A DNA stretch of 64,000 nucleotides, taken from positions 38,074-102,073 of the forward strand of contig CAWCGJ010000026.1 of the NCBI GenBank assembly GCA_963795055.1, read 5' to 3'. Made by a program: the position numbers and the translations under genes. The DNA comes from an uncultured Actinomycetota bacterium (lineage in GTDB: Bacteria > Actinomycetota > Actinomycetes > Streptosporangiales > Streptosporangiaceae). Each line of letters begins with the position of its first letter. Positions within the stretch are counted from its first letter, which is position 1. The notes below the pieces were generated by a model. That model was not told where the DNA came from, made no database searches, and was given only the letters and a program-made list of their open reading frames with translations. Positions 24,535 to 33,411 of this stretch are shown in pieces.

Positions 24535-27402
24535 GTGCTCTCGGAGAGCAAAGCGCGCTGGCAGCAGGTGACCGCGCTCGTAAGCCTCGGCGCGAGCGGC
24601 ACCATCACCGGATTTTCCTTCGTCCCGAGCAGTCCCGCCGACCTGACCTCGCCGACCAGCATGCCGATCCGCCTGATGGCGCTGGAGAAGTCGGCCACCG
24701 CCGCGCCCGCCGATGACGCCGCGCTGCGCTCGGCCATCGTCAACGTCGCCAACTACTACCTGCGGATGGCGCAGGGCCAGACGCCCGCCGAGATGGAGGC
24801 GATCATCTGGCAGCACGACAGCATCGACGGCGTCGACCACGGAGAATCCTGCGCGGCCTTCGCCAGCCTCACGCTTGAGCTCGCCGCCCAGGTCGTGGGG
24901 CAGCAAAGCTGGGTGACCGGCGGGACGACCTACCCGTGGCCGCTGCACAAGTGGGCCGACGTTCGGGTCGACACCAATCCGGACTCGCCCAACATCATCT
25001 CGGTGCAGCAGGATGCCGAGTCGCACGGGCGGTGGCATCCGCTCGGCGACGGTTATACGCCGCAGCCCGGCGACTGGGTGCTGTTCGACGGTCACGTCGA
25101 GGTGGTCACCAAGTACTCCGGCGGCGTGCTGTCCACGATCGGCGGCGACTCGCTGCCGAACTTCTCCGTGAACGCGCACGAATACAGCGATCCGCTCGCC
25201 GGGCAGGGCGTCGTCGGCTTCGTCAACAACGGCAACCTGGCGCCCGCAGCCGGGCAGGCCGCGCCGCCCGGCGGCGGGCCGGCCAGCCAGCCCAGTTCCG
25301 CGGCCGGCGCGCAGCCCAGCGCGCCGACCGCGACAGCGCAGGCCGCGCCGGGATCCTCGGCCATCCCGGGAGCGGCGGCGCCAGGCTCGACCGCGTCCAC
25401 CGTGGCCGCCCAGGCCAGCGACGCCGCCATACCCGGCATGCCGGGCCCGACGACCGCAGGTGGCCACACCCGACCGTCCGGGCACCGCGCCAGGCGAGGG
25501 CACTGGCACGCGGCCCACACCACGAAGCCGCGCCAGCAGGCCAACCCGCCCGCGGCCGTGGCCGCGGACGTGCCGGGGGCCAGCGTGTACGGGCCATCGA
25601 TGGCGCCGGGGCCTGCCAGCACGGACTCGGCCGCCATCCCGGGCCTGGCCACCGCCACCAAGCACGCCAGCGGGCCAACGACCCCGTACCGCAGGCACCG
25701 CCCGGCGCCCAGCACCGCACCGGTATCGGCGGCCAGCGCTCAGCAGACCTTCATCAACGCGGTCGCGCCGGGAGCGATGGCCACGCAGCGCCGGTACGGG
25801 GTACCGGCCGCGGTGACGATCGCGCAGGCAATCGACGAATCCGGCTGGGGGCAGAGCATGCTAGCCACCAATGATCACAACCTGTTCGGCATCAAGGGCA
25901 CCGGGCCCGCGGGCAGCGACGTCCAGCCCACCGAGGAGTACGAGAACGGCCAGTGGATATCCACGAACGCGCCGTTCCGCGTCTACAACAACTTCGCCCA
26001 GAGCATCGAGGACCACGGTGAGCTGCTGGCCACCAGCGGCTACTACACGCAGGCCATGGCCAACCGCAGCAACCCTGACGCGTTCGCGAACGACCTCACG
26101 GGCGTCTACGCCACCAATCCCGAGTACGGCGCCGATCTGATCAACCTCATGCAGCAATACAACCTGTACCGCTACGACGCCGCGCCGCCGAGCCCGGCGC
26201 ACACGGCGCCCAGGCCGTCGCCGGGCCGGACCGCGACGCCCCGGCCGGCCCGCACGTCGCCCGCCCCGGCGCCGAGTTCGGCGCCATCCGGGTCCTCGCC
26301 GAGCGCCTCGCCGCCGGCGCCCAGCGCACCGGCGCCCTCGCCCAGCGGCTCCCAGCCGACACCCACCGCGTCCCAGCCATCGCCGGCCGCCTCCCAGCCC
26401 ACCCCGGCCACGCCGCAGCCAGCGCCGAGCGCGTCGTGGCCGGCGCAGGCCACGCCCGGGACCTCGCCTCCGGCCGCGGACCCCGCCGGGGGCTCGCCGT
26501 CGTGGCCGAACATACCGGGCGTGACGGCGAGCGCGCCCGCGCGGTCACCGGCCACGGCCGGACCTGCGCCGGCCCGCGGCCGCAGCCCGGGCCCGGCCCG
26601 CCGGATGCCGGCCCGGACCCAGGCCCGGGCGCGCCAGGGCGCCCCCGCCGCCGCCCGGACCTCACGGCCGACCGCGACCTCGCCGGGCGCCGCACCGGAG
26701 CCGACGACCCAGTCCTTCTCGTACCAGCACCTGTCTGCGGACATGGCGCCGGTCCGGACCACGTCCGCCTTCCGGCCCACGACACCGGACGACCGCGGCG
26801 CGGCCAGGAAGGCGCCCCGGAAGTCGCGCCCGGCGCCGGCGCGATATGAGCTGCAGCTGCCCCCACCGGTGAAGAACGCCTTCTTCGCGGCGGCCAAGGC
26901 CCCGCTGACCCGCTCGGAGCTGCTGTACCGGGACGTGGCCGGGCAGACCGGGATCCCCTGGCACCTGCTGGCGGCCTGCGACTGGATGCAGTGCGAGGCG
27001 CGGCCCCGATACTCGCCGGTGCACGGCGAGAAGCTCGGTGCCGCCAACGCCGACGGGACCGCCTACCGTACCAAGTCGGCGGCGCTGGAACAGTGCGCCT
27101 ACGACCTCATCGACCTGGCCGGGTCGGTATACAGCATCGACCTGACCGCGCGGCGCCTGCTGTCAGTCTGCGACCTGGCCAGCGCGTTCGCCGCGTTCCG
27201 GTGGGGCGGGCTGCTCCGGCAGCACCACACGTCACCGATGGAATTCCCGTACTCCGTCGCCGGCCTCACCGTCCAGCACCTGAGCATGCGCTGGCCGAAC
27301 ATCGACGACCGGCACACCCCGGACAAGCCGGGGGGCCGGTTCCGGAGGCCCTTCGGGGCCGTGCCGGTCGTGCTGAGCCTGCACTACCCGGCGACCGCAT
27401 GA
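24535..27402 (+). CDS. multidomain peptidoglycan hydrolase: CHAP/NlpC-P60-like amidase, glucosaminidase (FlgJ-type), and a C-terminal lysozyme/transglycosylase-like domain
   Basis: 955 aa with a GTG start after AAGGAGGAGAGGGGG. Residues ~60-230 look CHAP-like (GESCAAFASL ... GDWVLFDGHVEVV ... TIGGDS). Residues ~403-546 are a mannosyl-glycoprotein endo-beta-N-acetylglucosaminidase domain (AQAIDESGWGQS ... NLFGIKG ... FRVYNNFAQSIEDHG ... YATNPEYG). Two long Pro/Ala/Ser linkers separate the domains. Residues ~775-955 are a conserved-looking domain (GIPWHLLAACDWMQCEARP...). Confidence 0.85.
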   Translation: MLSESKARWQQVTALVSLGASGTITGFSFVPSSPADLTSPTSMPIRLMALEKSATAAPADDAALRSAIVNVANYYLRMAQGQTPAEMEAIIWQHDSIDGVDHGESCAAFASLTLELAAQVVGQQSWVTGGTTYPWPLHKWADVRVDTNPDSPNIISVQQDAESHGRWHPLGDGYTPQPGDWVLFDGHVEVVTKYSGGVLSTIGGDSLPNFSVNAHEYSDPLAGQGVVGFVNNGNLAPAAGQAAPPGGGPASQPSSAAGAQPSAPTATAQAAPGSSAIPGAAAPGSTASTVAAQASDAAIPGMPGPTTAGGHTRPSGHRARRGHWHAAHTTKPRQQANPPAAVAADVPGASVYGPSMAPGPASTDSAAIPGLATATKHASGPTTPYRRHRPAPSTAPVSAASAQQTFINAVAPGAMATQRRYGVPAAVTIAQAIDESGWGQSMLATNDHNLFGIKGTGPAGSDVQPTEEYENGQWISTNAPFRVYNNFAQSIEDHGELLATSGYYTQAMANRSNPDAFANDLTGVYATNPEYGADLINLMQQYNLYRYDAAPPSPAHTAPRPSPGRTATPRPARTSPAPAPSSAPSGSSPSASPPAPSAPAPSPSGSQPTPTASQPSPAASQPTPATPQPAPSASWPAQATPGTSPPAADPAGGSPSWPNIPGVTASAPARSPATAGPAPARGRSPGPARRMPARTQARARQGAPAAARTSRPTATSPGAAPEPTTQSFSYQHLSADMAPVRTTSAFRPTTPDDRGAARKAPRKSRPAPARYELQLPPPVKNAFFAAAKAPLTRSELLYRDVAGQTGIPWHLLAACDWMQCEARPRYSPVHGEKLGAANADGTAYRTKSAALEQCAYDLIDLAGSVYSIDLTARRLLSVCDLASAFAAFRWGGLLRQHHTSPMEFPYSVAGLTVQHLSMRWPNIDDRHTPDKPGGRFRRPFGAVPVVLSLHYPATA

Positions 27403-27435
27403 CCCGCGTCCGAGCGCCAGAAGGAAGGTGGAGCC

Positions 27436-28503
27436 GTGGTGCGCCTGTTGCTCCTGCTGCTGAGCATGCTGACGGTCAACAGAGCACGGCAGCGTGATGT
27501 GGCCTGGGACCAGAACAGCGACCGGTACGACGAGATGAGCGCCTCCGGCCGCGGCGGCGTCGTGGACCGGGAACCCTGGCCGGGCCCCGACGACGTCCCG
27601 GGCCAGCCGGGCTGGCCGCCGCAGCCGCCCCGCGACGCCGGCGACCTCGCGCCGCGCCGCCTGGGCGGCGGGGCGGGCCGCGGCCGCCCGCGGCGCCGCC
27701 GGATACCCCGCTGGCTGAAGTGGGGCGCGGTGGCCGTGGCCGCCGGCCTGATCTTCCGCCGGGCGATCGCGTACGCGGTGCTCGTCGCCTTGTCGGCGGC
27801 GCTGCATCTGGTGGGCGTGAACGTGCACCTGCCGCACCTGAGGTTCGCCTGGCCCTGGCAGAGCATCACCTCGGGCACCGTCACCAATACCGATCTCGGC
27901 CCGTGGGTGCTGCAACGGATCGAGGGCATCTCCCGGCCGGCCCTGGGCCGCGCGAGCTTCACGTTCGTGTTCACCCACAAGGTCTCCAAGAACATCGGCC
28001 CGTGGCCCTGCTGGTACTCCAGCACTTTCTACGCCCTGGGCTACGCGTCCGCCACCGTCGACCTCAATCCCGGTCCGGCCTGGTGGGCGCCCGCGTCGGG
28101 TCACTACCGGCTGCAGGTCCTCAGCCACCCGCTTGACGGCAAGCCCGGGCACGTGGCCGTGACCATGGTCCTGCCGCCGCCGCAGCTTCCGCAGTCCGTC
28201 CACGACGTGACCATCGACAACATCCCGTCCCGGCCGATCGCGACCGACCACAGCTGGACCTACCCGGGCTTCGGCTGCGGCGTGCTGATCCGACCGCAGT
28301 TCTCCGAGTCGGTGCTGTACGCGCAGGCCCAGCAGATCGCGTTCTACCGGTCCACCCACGTCCAGCAGATCACCCGGCCGCTCATCAGCGCCGCGGAGAA
28401 CCAGGCCACGCAGACGATCCGGGACAACTTCATCCAGCCGACGGTGAACGCGTTCGGCTACCTCCTCGACCGGTTCACGATCCGGTGGGCCGGCGCGCCG
28501 TGA
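27436..28503 (+). CDS. hypothetical membrane protein (355 aa)
   Basis: It has a disordered Arg/Pro-rich N-terminus, TM segments (WLKWGAVAVAAGLIF...AYAVLVALSAALHLVGV), and then a Trp/aromatic-rich domain of about 220 aa. It is co-oriented with, and 33 nt downstream of, the hydrolase gene. Confidence 0.7.
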   Translation: MVRLLLLLLSMLTVNRARQRDVAWDQNSDRYDEMSASGRGGVVDREPWPGPDDVPGQPGWPPQPPRDAGDLAPRRLGGGAGRGRPRRRRIPRWLKWGAVAVAAGLIFRRAIAYAVLVALSAALHLVGVNVHLPHLRFAWPWQSITSGTVTNTDLGPWVLQRIEGISRPALGRASFTFVFTHKVSKNIGPWPCWYSSTFYALGYASATVDLNPGPAWWAPASGHYRLQVLSHPLDGKPGHVAVTMVLPPPQLPQSVHDVTIDNIPSRPIATDHSWTYPGFGCGVLIRPQFSESVLYAQAQQIAFYRSTHVQQITRPLISAAENQATQTIRDNFIQPTVNAFGYLLDRFTIRWAGAP

Positions 28504-28524
28504 GCCCGGGCATCATGAACTGGG

Positions 28525-29732
28525 ATGCACTACGCCAAGAATCCGCGCGTCGCGGTCGTGGGCGGAGGGATCGGGGGGCTGGCCACGGCCGGCTTCCTGC
28601 ACCGCGCCGGCCTGGACGTGACGGTCTACGAGCAGGCCGCCATGGCCACCGAAGTCGGAGCGGGCCTGGTGGTGTCCCCGAATGCCGCGCGGCTGCTGCG
28701 CAGGCTGGGCGTGATGCAGGAGTTCCAGCGCCTGGCGGCGCCGCTGGAGGTGGGCTGGGAGTTCCGCCGCTGGCAGGATGGCCGGGTGCTGTTCTCCCAG
28801 CGGCTCGGGGCCGACTGCGAACGGCTCTACGGCGAGCACACCTACACCGCGCACCGGGCCGATCTGCTCGCGGTGCTGGCTGCGGCGGTTCCGGAGCCGA
28901 GCGTACGCCTGGGCGCGCGCTGCGTCGCCGTCCGGCGTCGGCCGGATCACGCGGCCCTCGCGTTCGCTGACGGGTCGGCGGCCACGGCCGACGTCGTGAT
29001 CGGAGCCGACGGCCTGCACTCGGTGGTGCGCGACGCCGTGCTGGCGACCGGCCCGCCGAAGTTCTCCGGAACCTGCGCCTACCGTTGCCTGGTGCCGGCC
29101 GCCCGGGCCCCGGGGTTCGCGCTGCGGCCGGTGCAGACACTGTGGCTCGGGCCGGAGCGCCACCTCGTCCACTACCCGATCTCGGCCGGGCGTTACGTCA
29201 ACCTGGTCGCGCTCACGCCCGCAGACGACTACCGCGTGGAGTCATGGACCGCCGAGGGGCGCATCGAGGACCTGCGGGCCGAGTTCGCGGGCTGGGCACC
29301 GCAGCTTCCGGCCTGCTACAGGCCGCCGAGCGGATCGGCCGCTGGGCGTTGCTGGACCGCGACCCGCTCCCGCGCTGGACGAACGGGCCGATCGCACTGG
29401 CCGGGGACGCCGCGCACCCGATGTTCCCGTTCCTCGCCCAGGGCGCCGCGCAGGCCATCGAGGACGCGGCCGTCCTGGCCGGCTGCCTGGCCGGGGAGCG
29501 GGCCGATCCGGCCGCGGCGCTGATCCGCTACGAGGCGATCCGCAAGCCGCGCACGACCCGGGTGCAGATGATCAGCCATCAGCGGCAGCACGTCAACCAC
29601 CTACCCGACGGCCCGGAGCAGCAGGCCAGGGACACCGCCTTCGCCAGCGAGGACCCGCTCGCGCACAACGCCTGGATCTACGGGCACGACGCCGAACAAT
29701 CGCTCGCCGACCGCACGAGAACATCCGGGTGA
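28525..29732 (+). pseudogene. FAD-dependent monooxygenase (salicylate-hydroxylase-like) with a single frameshift
   Basis: ORF 28525-29523 carries the GxGxxG motif (VAVVGGGIGGLATAGFL) and GADGLHSVVR. ORF 29085-29732, in another frame, carries the C-terminal LAGDAAHPMFPFLAQGAAQAIEDA motif. The frames meet near 29300-29315 (…EFAGWAPQL / LLQAAERIGRWALLDRDPLPRW…). The total length of 1208 nt is one short of a multiple of three. Confidence 0.8.
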
Positions 29733-29807
29733 ATGAACCTTTTTCATCCGTCAACCTCGGGCCGAGGGTCTGTAGGCAGTCATGGGGAGGATGAAAAGGG
29801 TTCACTG
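29731..29807. repeat. 75-bp double-palindrome element, copy 2 (inverted relative to copy 1)
   Basis: GAATGAA-CCTTT-TTCATCC (29731-29749) and GGATGAA-AAGGG-TTCACTG (29789-29807), with ATGGGGA adjacent to the right site. It fills the gap between two convergent genes. Confidence 0.8.
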
Positions 29808-29808
29808 G

Positions 29809-30918
29809 CTACGGCTCGACGACGACCTTGACCGGGTCGCCCTCGCGCTCGCGCACCACCCGCAGCGCGGTGTCGATTTTCTCCAACGGGAAGTGATGGG
29901 TGACCAGTTCGGCGCCGCGGAGCCTGCCCCGTGCGGCCAGGGCAACCGCCCGCTTGACGTTGTTGCCTCCCTCCCCCCGGGAGGTGTAGATGCTGATGTC
30001 GCTGCGGACGATGGCGCTGAGGTCGAGCGTGACCGGGCCGGGGTAGAACGCCACGATGACGATCTTGCCGCCGCGCTTGGTGACCTCGGCGCACTGCTGC
30101 GGCGCCTCGGGGGCGCCCGAGCACTCGATCGCCACGTCGGCGCCTGCGCCGCCGGTGAGGCCCACGATCGCGGGCACCGGATCGGTCTCGCGCGCGTTGA
30201 TCACGTGGTCGGCGCCCAGGCGGCGGCCGAGCTCCAGCCGGGAGGGGCGAGTGCCGACCAGGATGACCTGCCCGGCCCCGAGCGCCTGGCACGCCTGCAC
30301 GGTCATGAGCCCAACGGGCCCGGGCCCGAACACCACGACGTCCAGCCCGGCGACGTAGCCGCCCGCCACGTCGAGCCCGTACAGGCCGGTGCCCGCGGTG
30401 GTGATGAGCACGCCGTCCTCGAACGACAGCGAGGGCGGCAGGGCGTACAGCGAGCCGACGTCATGGACGGCGTACTCGGCGAAGCCGCCGTCGGTCGTCA
30501 TCCCCGTGGCACGGTGCCCCTTGGCTCGGTTGCCGTAGTTGAGGCACGCGGTGTACTTGCCGGCCAGGCAGTTGTCGCACCGGCCGCAGCCGCTGTGCGC
30601 CTCGATGCACACGCGGTCGCCGACCGCGAACTCGTCCACCCGGCTGCCGAGCGCCACCACCGTGCCGGTCCACTCGTGGCCGGGCGTGTAGTCCCCGAAC
30701 GGCGGGGTCAGCGGGAAATGGCCGTCGAAGATCTTCAGGTCGGTCCCGCACATGCCGCACATCGCCACTTTGACCAGCACCTCGTCTGGCCCGGGCCGCG
30801 GGACGGGACGGTCAACCACGCGGATGTCGCGGGGGCCGAACAGCACCGCGGCGCGCATGACCTCCGGTATCTGCGGCGGGGCGGCTAAGTCGGTCGCGGT
30901 GGCGGCCTGGTCAGTCAT
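29809..30918 (-). CDS. zinc-binding alcohol dehydrogenase (MDR family; threonine/sorbitol-dehydrogenase-like)
   Basis: 369 aa. It has the catalytic-Zn motif GHEWTG, the structural-Zn Cys cluster CGRCDNCLAGKYTAC, and the NAD motif VVFGPGPVG. An ATGA overlap links it to otsA. Confidence 0.9.
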   Translation of the reverse strand: MTDQAATATDLAAPPQIPEVMRAAVLFGPRDIRVVDRPVPRPGPDEVLVKVAMCGMCGTDLKIFDGHFPLTPPFGDYTPGHEWTGTVVALGSRVDEFAVGDRVCIEAHSGCGRCDNCLAGKYTACLNYGNRAKGHRATGMTTDGGFAEYAVHDVGSLYALPPSLSFEDGVLITTAGTGLYGLDVAGGYVAGLDVVVFGPGPVGLMTVQACQALGAGQVILVGTRPSRLELGRRLGADHVINARETDPVPAIVGLTGGAGADVAIECSGAPEAPQQCAEVTKRGGKIVIVAFYPGPVTLDLSAIVRSDISIYTSRGEGGNNVKRAVALAARGRLRGAELVTHHFPLEKIDTALRVVREREGDPVKVVVEP

Positions 30919-32393
30919 GGAGAGACTCCCTGCAGTTGGTGAGGGGACGAACCCTTCAGGGCATCGAGGAAGGTCGCGGCCCAGTGGGCCACGTCGTGCT
31001 CGTACACCCGCCTGCGCATCGAGCGCATGCGGCGCCGCGCCTCGGCGGGCGACGCCGTGGCCGCGCGCATGATGGTGTCCTTGAGCCCCTCGATGTCGTG
31101 CGGGTTGACCAGGAAGGCGCTCACCAGCTCGTCGGCCGCGCCGGTGAACTCGCTGAGCACGAGCGTGCCGGTCGCGTCGTTCCGGCAGGCGACGAACTCC
31201 TTGGCCACCAGGTTCATCCCGTCGCGCAGCGCGGTCACCAGCATCACGTCGGCCGCCAGGTACAGCGCGGCCATCTCCTCTCGCGGGTAGGACTGGTGCA
31301 GGTAGAGCACGGGGGTGCTACCCAGCTCCCCGTGCTCCCCGTTGATCCGGCCGACCGTGACCTCGATCTCGTCCCGGAGCAGGCGGTACTGCTCGACGCG
31401 TTCCCGGCTGGGGCTGGCCACCTGGATAAGCACCGCTCCGGGCGACCGCAGCCGACCCTCGTCGAGCAGTTCGCTGTAGGCATCGAGGCGGTGCCGGATG
31501 CCCTTCGTGTAGTCGAGCCGGTCGACGCCCAGCAGGACGACGTCGGGATCTCCGATCGCCTCCCGGATCTCCCGGGCCCGGGCCCGGACGCCGTCACGGC
31601 TGGCCAACTCGCCGAACGACGCCGCGTCGATGGAGACGGGGAACGCGGCCGCGCGGACCTCCCGGGTCCCGGCCGGGCCGGGGACCCGGATCAGCGATCC
31701 CCTGGTCGTCCGGCCGGCGCCCCGGCGGCAGGCCCGGAGGAAGTTCGTGGTGTCGCTGTGCCGCTGGAATCCCACCAGGTCCGCGCCGAGCAGGCCGTCG
31801 ATGATCTGGCGGCGCCACGGCAGCTGGGCGAAGATCTCGTAGCCGGGGAAGGGAATGTGGTTGAAGAAGCCGATGCGCACGTCGGTGCGTATCGCGCGCA
31901 GCATCGCCGGGACCAGCTGCAACTGGTAGTCGTTGACCCACACCGTGGCACCGGCGGCGGCCTGCTCGGCCGCGGCCTGGGCGAAGCGCTGGTTGACGAC
32001 AACGTAGGACTCCCACCAGGGACGATGGAACACCGGTGGCACGATCACGTCGTGGTACAGCGGCCAGAGCGTGGCGTTGCAGAATCCCTCGTAGAAGTCA
32101 GCGACCTCGTCCTCGGACAGGCCCACGCCGACCAGCGGCATGCCGTCGGCCTCGAACGGTCCCAGCGCCGGGCCGACCGAGCCCGGCCACCCGATCCAGA
32201 CGCCGTTCGCGGCGCGCATGACCGGCTCGAGCGCGGTGACCAGCCCTCCGGGGCTGCGCCGCCACTCGCTCGTGCCGTCCGGTTCCTCGACCCGGTCCAC
32301 CGGCAGCCGGCTGGCGGCCACCACGAACCCGTAATCACCAGCGGGCCCGGGCAGCTCCCCGGCCCCGGCCGCCGCCTTCTTGGTCGCGGGCAC
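30915..32393 (-). CDS. otsA: alpha,alpha-trehalose-phosphate synthase (GT20)
   Basis: 492 aa. GT20 motifs are present: RSPGGLVTAL, NATLWPLYHD, VWVNDYQLQLVPAMLR, IGFFNHIPFP, and GMNLVAKEF. Confidence 0.9.
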   Translation of the reverse strand: MPATKKAAAGAGELPGPAGDYGFVVAASRLPVDRVEEPDGTSEWRRSPGGLVTALEPVMRAANGVWIGWPGSVGPALGPFEADGMPLVGVGLSEDEVADFYEGFCNATLWPLYHDVIVPPVFHRPWWESYVVVNQRFAQAAAEQAAAGATVWVNDYQLQLVPAMLRAIRTDVRIGFFNHIPFPGYEIFAQLPWRRQIIDGLLGADLVGFQRHSDTTNFLRACRRGAGRTTRGSLIRVPGPAGTREVRAAAFPVSIDAASFGELASRDGVRARAREIREAIGDPDVVLLGVDRLDYTKGIRHRLDAYSELLDEGRLRSPGAVLIQVASPSRERVEQYRLLRDEIEVTVGRINGEHGELGSTPVLYLHQSYPREEMAALYLAADVMLVTALRDGMNLVAKEFVACRNDATGTLVLSEFTGAADELVSAFLVNPHDIEGLKDTIMRAATASPAEARRRMRSMRRRVYEHDVAHWAATFLDALKGSSPHQLQGVSP

Positions 32394-32457
32394 TGATCAA
32401 CCCTATCGGGTGGCGGCGGACCCGGCACGTGATGGCGCCTGCGGCGGCTGGGTCCGG

Positions 32458-33282
32458 TCAGGTATTCAACCAGGCCAGCAGGTCGGCGTTGATCGTCGGG
32501 GCCTCGGTGGTCGGCATGCCGTGCGGGAAGCCGTGATAGGTCTTCAGCGTCCCGTGCGGCACGAGCTTGGCGGACAGCGGCCCGGAGTCGGCGTAGGGAA
32601 CGACCTGGTCGTCATCGCCGTGCATGACCAGGACCGGCACCGTGATCCCCTTGAGGTCCTCGGTGAAATCGGTCTGGGAGAAGGCCACGATGCCGTCGTA
32701 GTGCGCCTTCGCGCCGCCCATCATGCCCTGGCGCCACCAGTTCTCGATGATCGCCTCCGATGGCTGGGCGCCGGGGCGGTTGTAACCGTAGAACGGCCCC
32801 GCCGCGAAGTCGCGGTAGAACCGTGTGCGATTGGTGGCTACTTGTTCCTGCAATCCGTCGAAGACGCTCTTCGGCAGCCCGCCCGGGTTGGCCTCGGTCT
32901 GCAGCATGAGCGGCGGCACCGAGCTGATCAGTACCGCCTTCGCCACGCGGCTCTCACCGTGCCGGGCGATGTAGCGCACGACCTCGCCGCCGCCGGTGGA
33001 GTGCCCGACATGGACAGCATCGTGGAGGTCGAGATGGGCGGTCACCGCGGCCAGGTCGTCGGCGTAGTGATCCATGTCATGACCGTCGCTGGTCTGCGTC
33101 GAGCGTCCGTGCCCGCGCCGGTCATGGGCGATGACGCGGTAGCCGTGCAGCAGGAAGAACATCATCTGGGTGTCCCAGTCATCGCCCGACAGCGGCCAGC
33201 CATGGCTGAAGACGATCGGCTGGCCCGAGCCCCAGTCCTTGTAGAAGATCTCCGTGCCGTCGGTCGTCGTGACCGTGCCCAT
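32458..33282 (-). CDS. alpha/beta hydrolase (non-heme haloperoxidase / arylesterase subfamily)
   Basis: 274 aa from ATG 33282 (GGGAGG upstream): [36 protein letters not shown]... The nucleophile elbow is GHSTGG. The longer ORF-track N-terminus is Arg/Pro-rich and unlikely to be real. Confidence 0.9.
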   Translation of the reverse strand: MGTVTTTDGTEIFYKDWGSGQPIVFSHGWPLSGDDWDTQMMFFLLHGYRVIAHDRRGHGRSTQTSDGHDMDHYADDLAAVTAHLDLHDAVHVGHSTGGGEVVRYIARHGESRVAKAVLISSVPPLMLQTEANPGGLPKSVFDGLQEQVATNRTRFYRDFAAGPFYGYNRPGAQPSEAIIENWWRQGMMGGAKAHYDGIVAFSQTDFTEDLKGITVPVLVMHGDDDQVVPYADSGPLSAKLVPHGTLKTYHGFPHGMPTTEAPTINADLLAWLNT

Positions 33283-33411
33283 GAGCGGCCTCCCTTGGTC
33301 TTTACGTTGGCGCCGAGGCGCCCGCACTGGCAACGTAACCGGCTTTCTTGCCGGGCAAACCAGGCCACCCGCGGCCGCCGGGCGCGCCATAAAGAATTCG
33401 TGCTGAGGTCG

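Noticed and set aside
25200-26850. Highly repetitive-looking Pro/Ala/Ser-rich DNA that could suggest a repeat array or CRISPR-like periodicity
   Set aside because: There is no fixed-length unit or spacer structure. It translates in frame as low-complexity linkers between catalytic domains of the peptidoglycan hydrolase.
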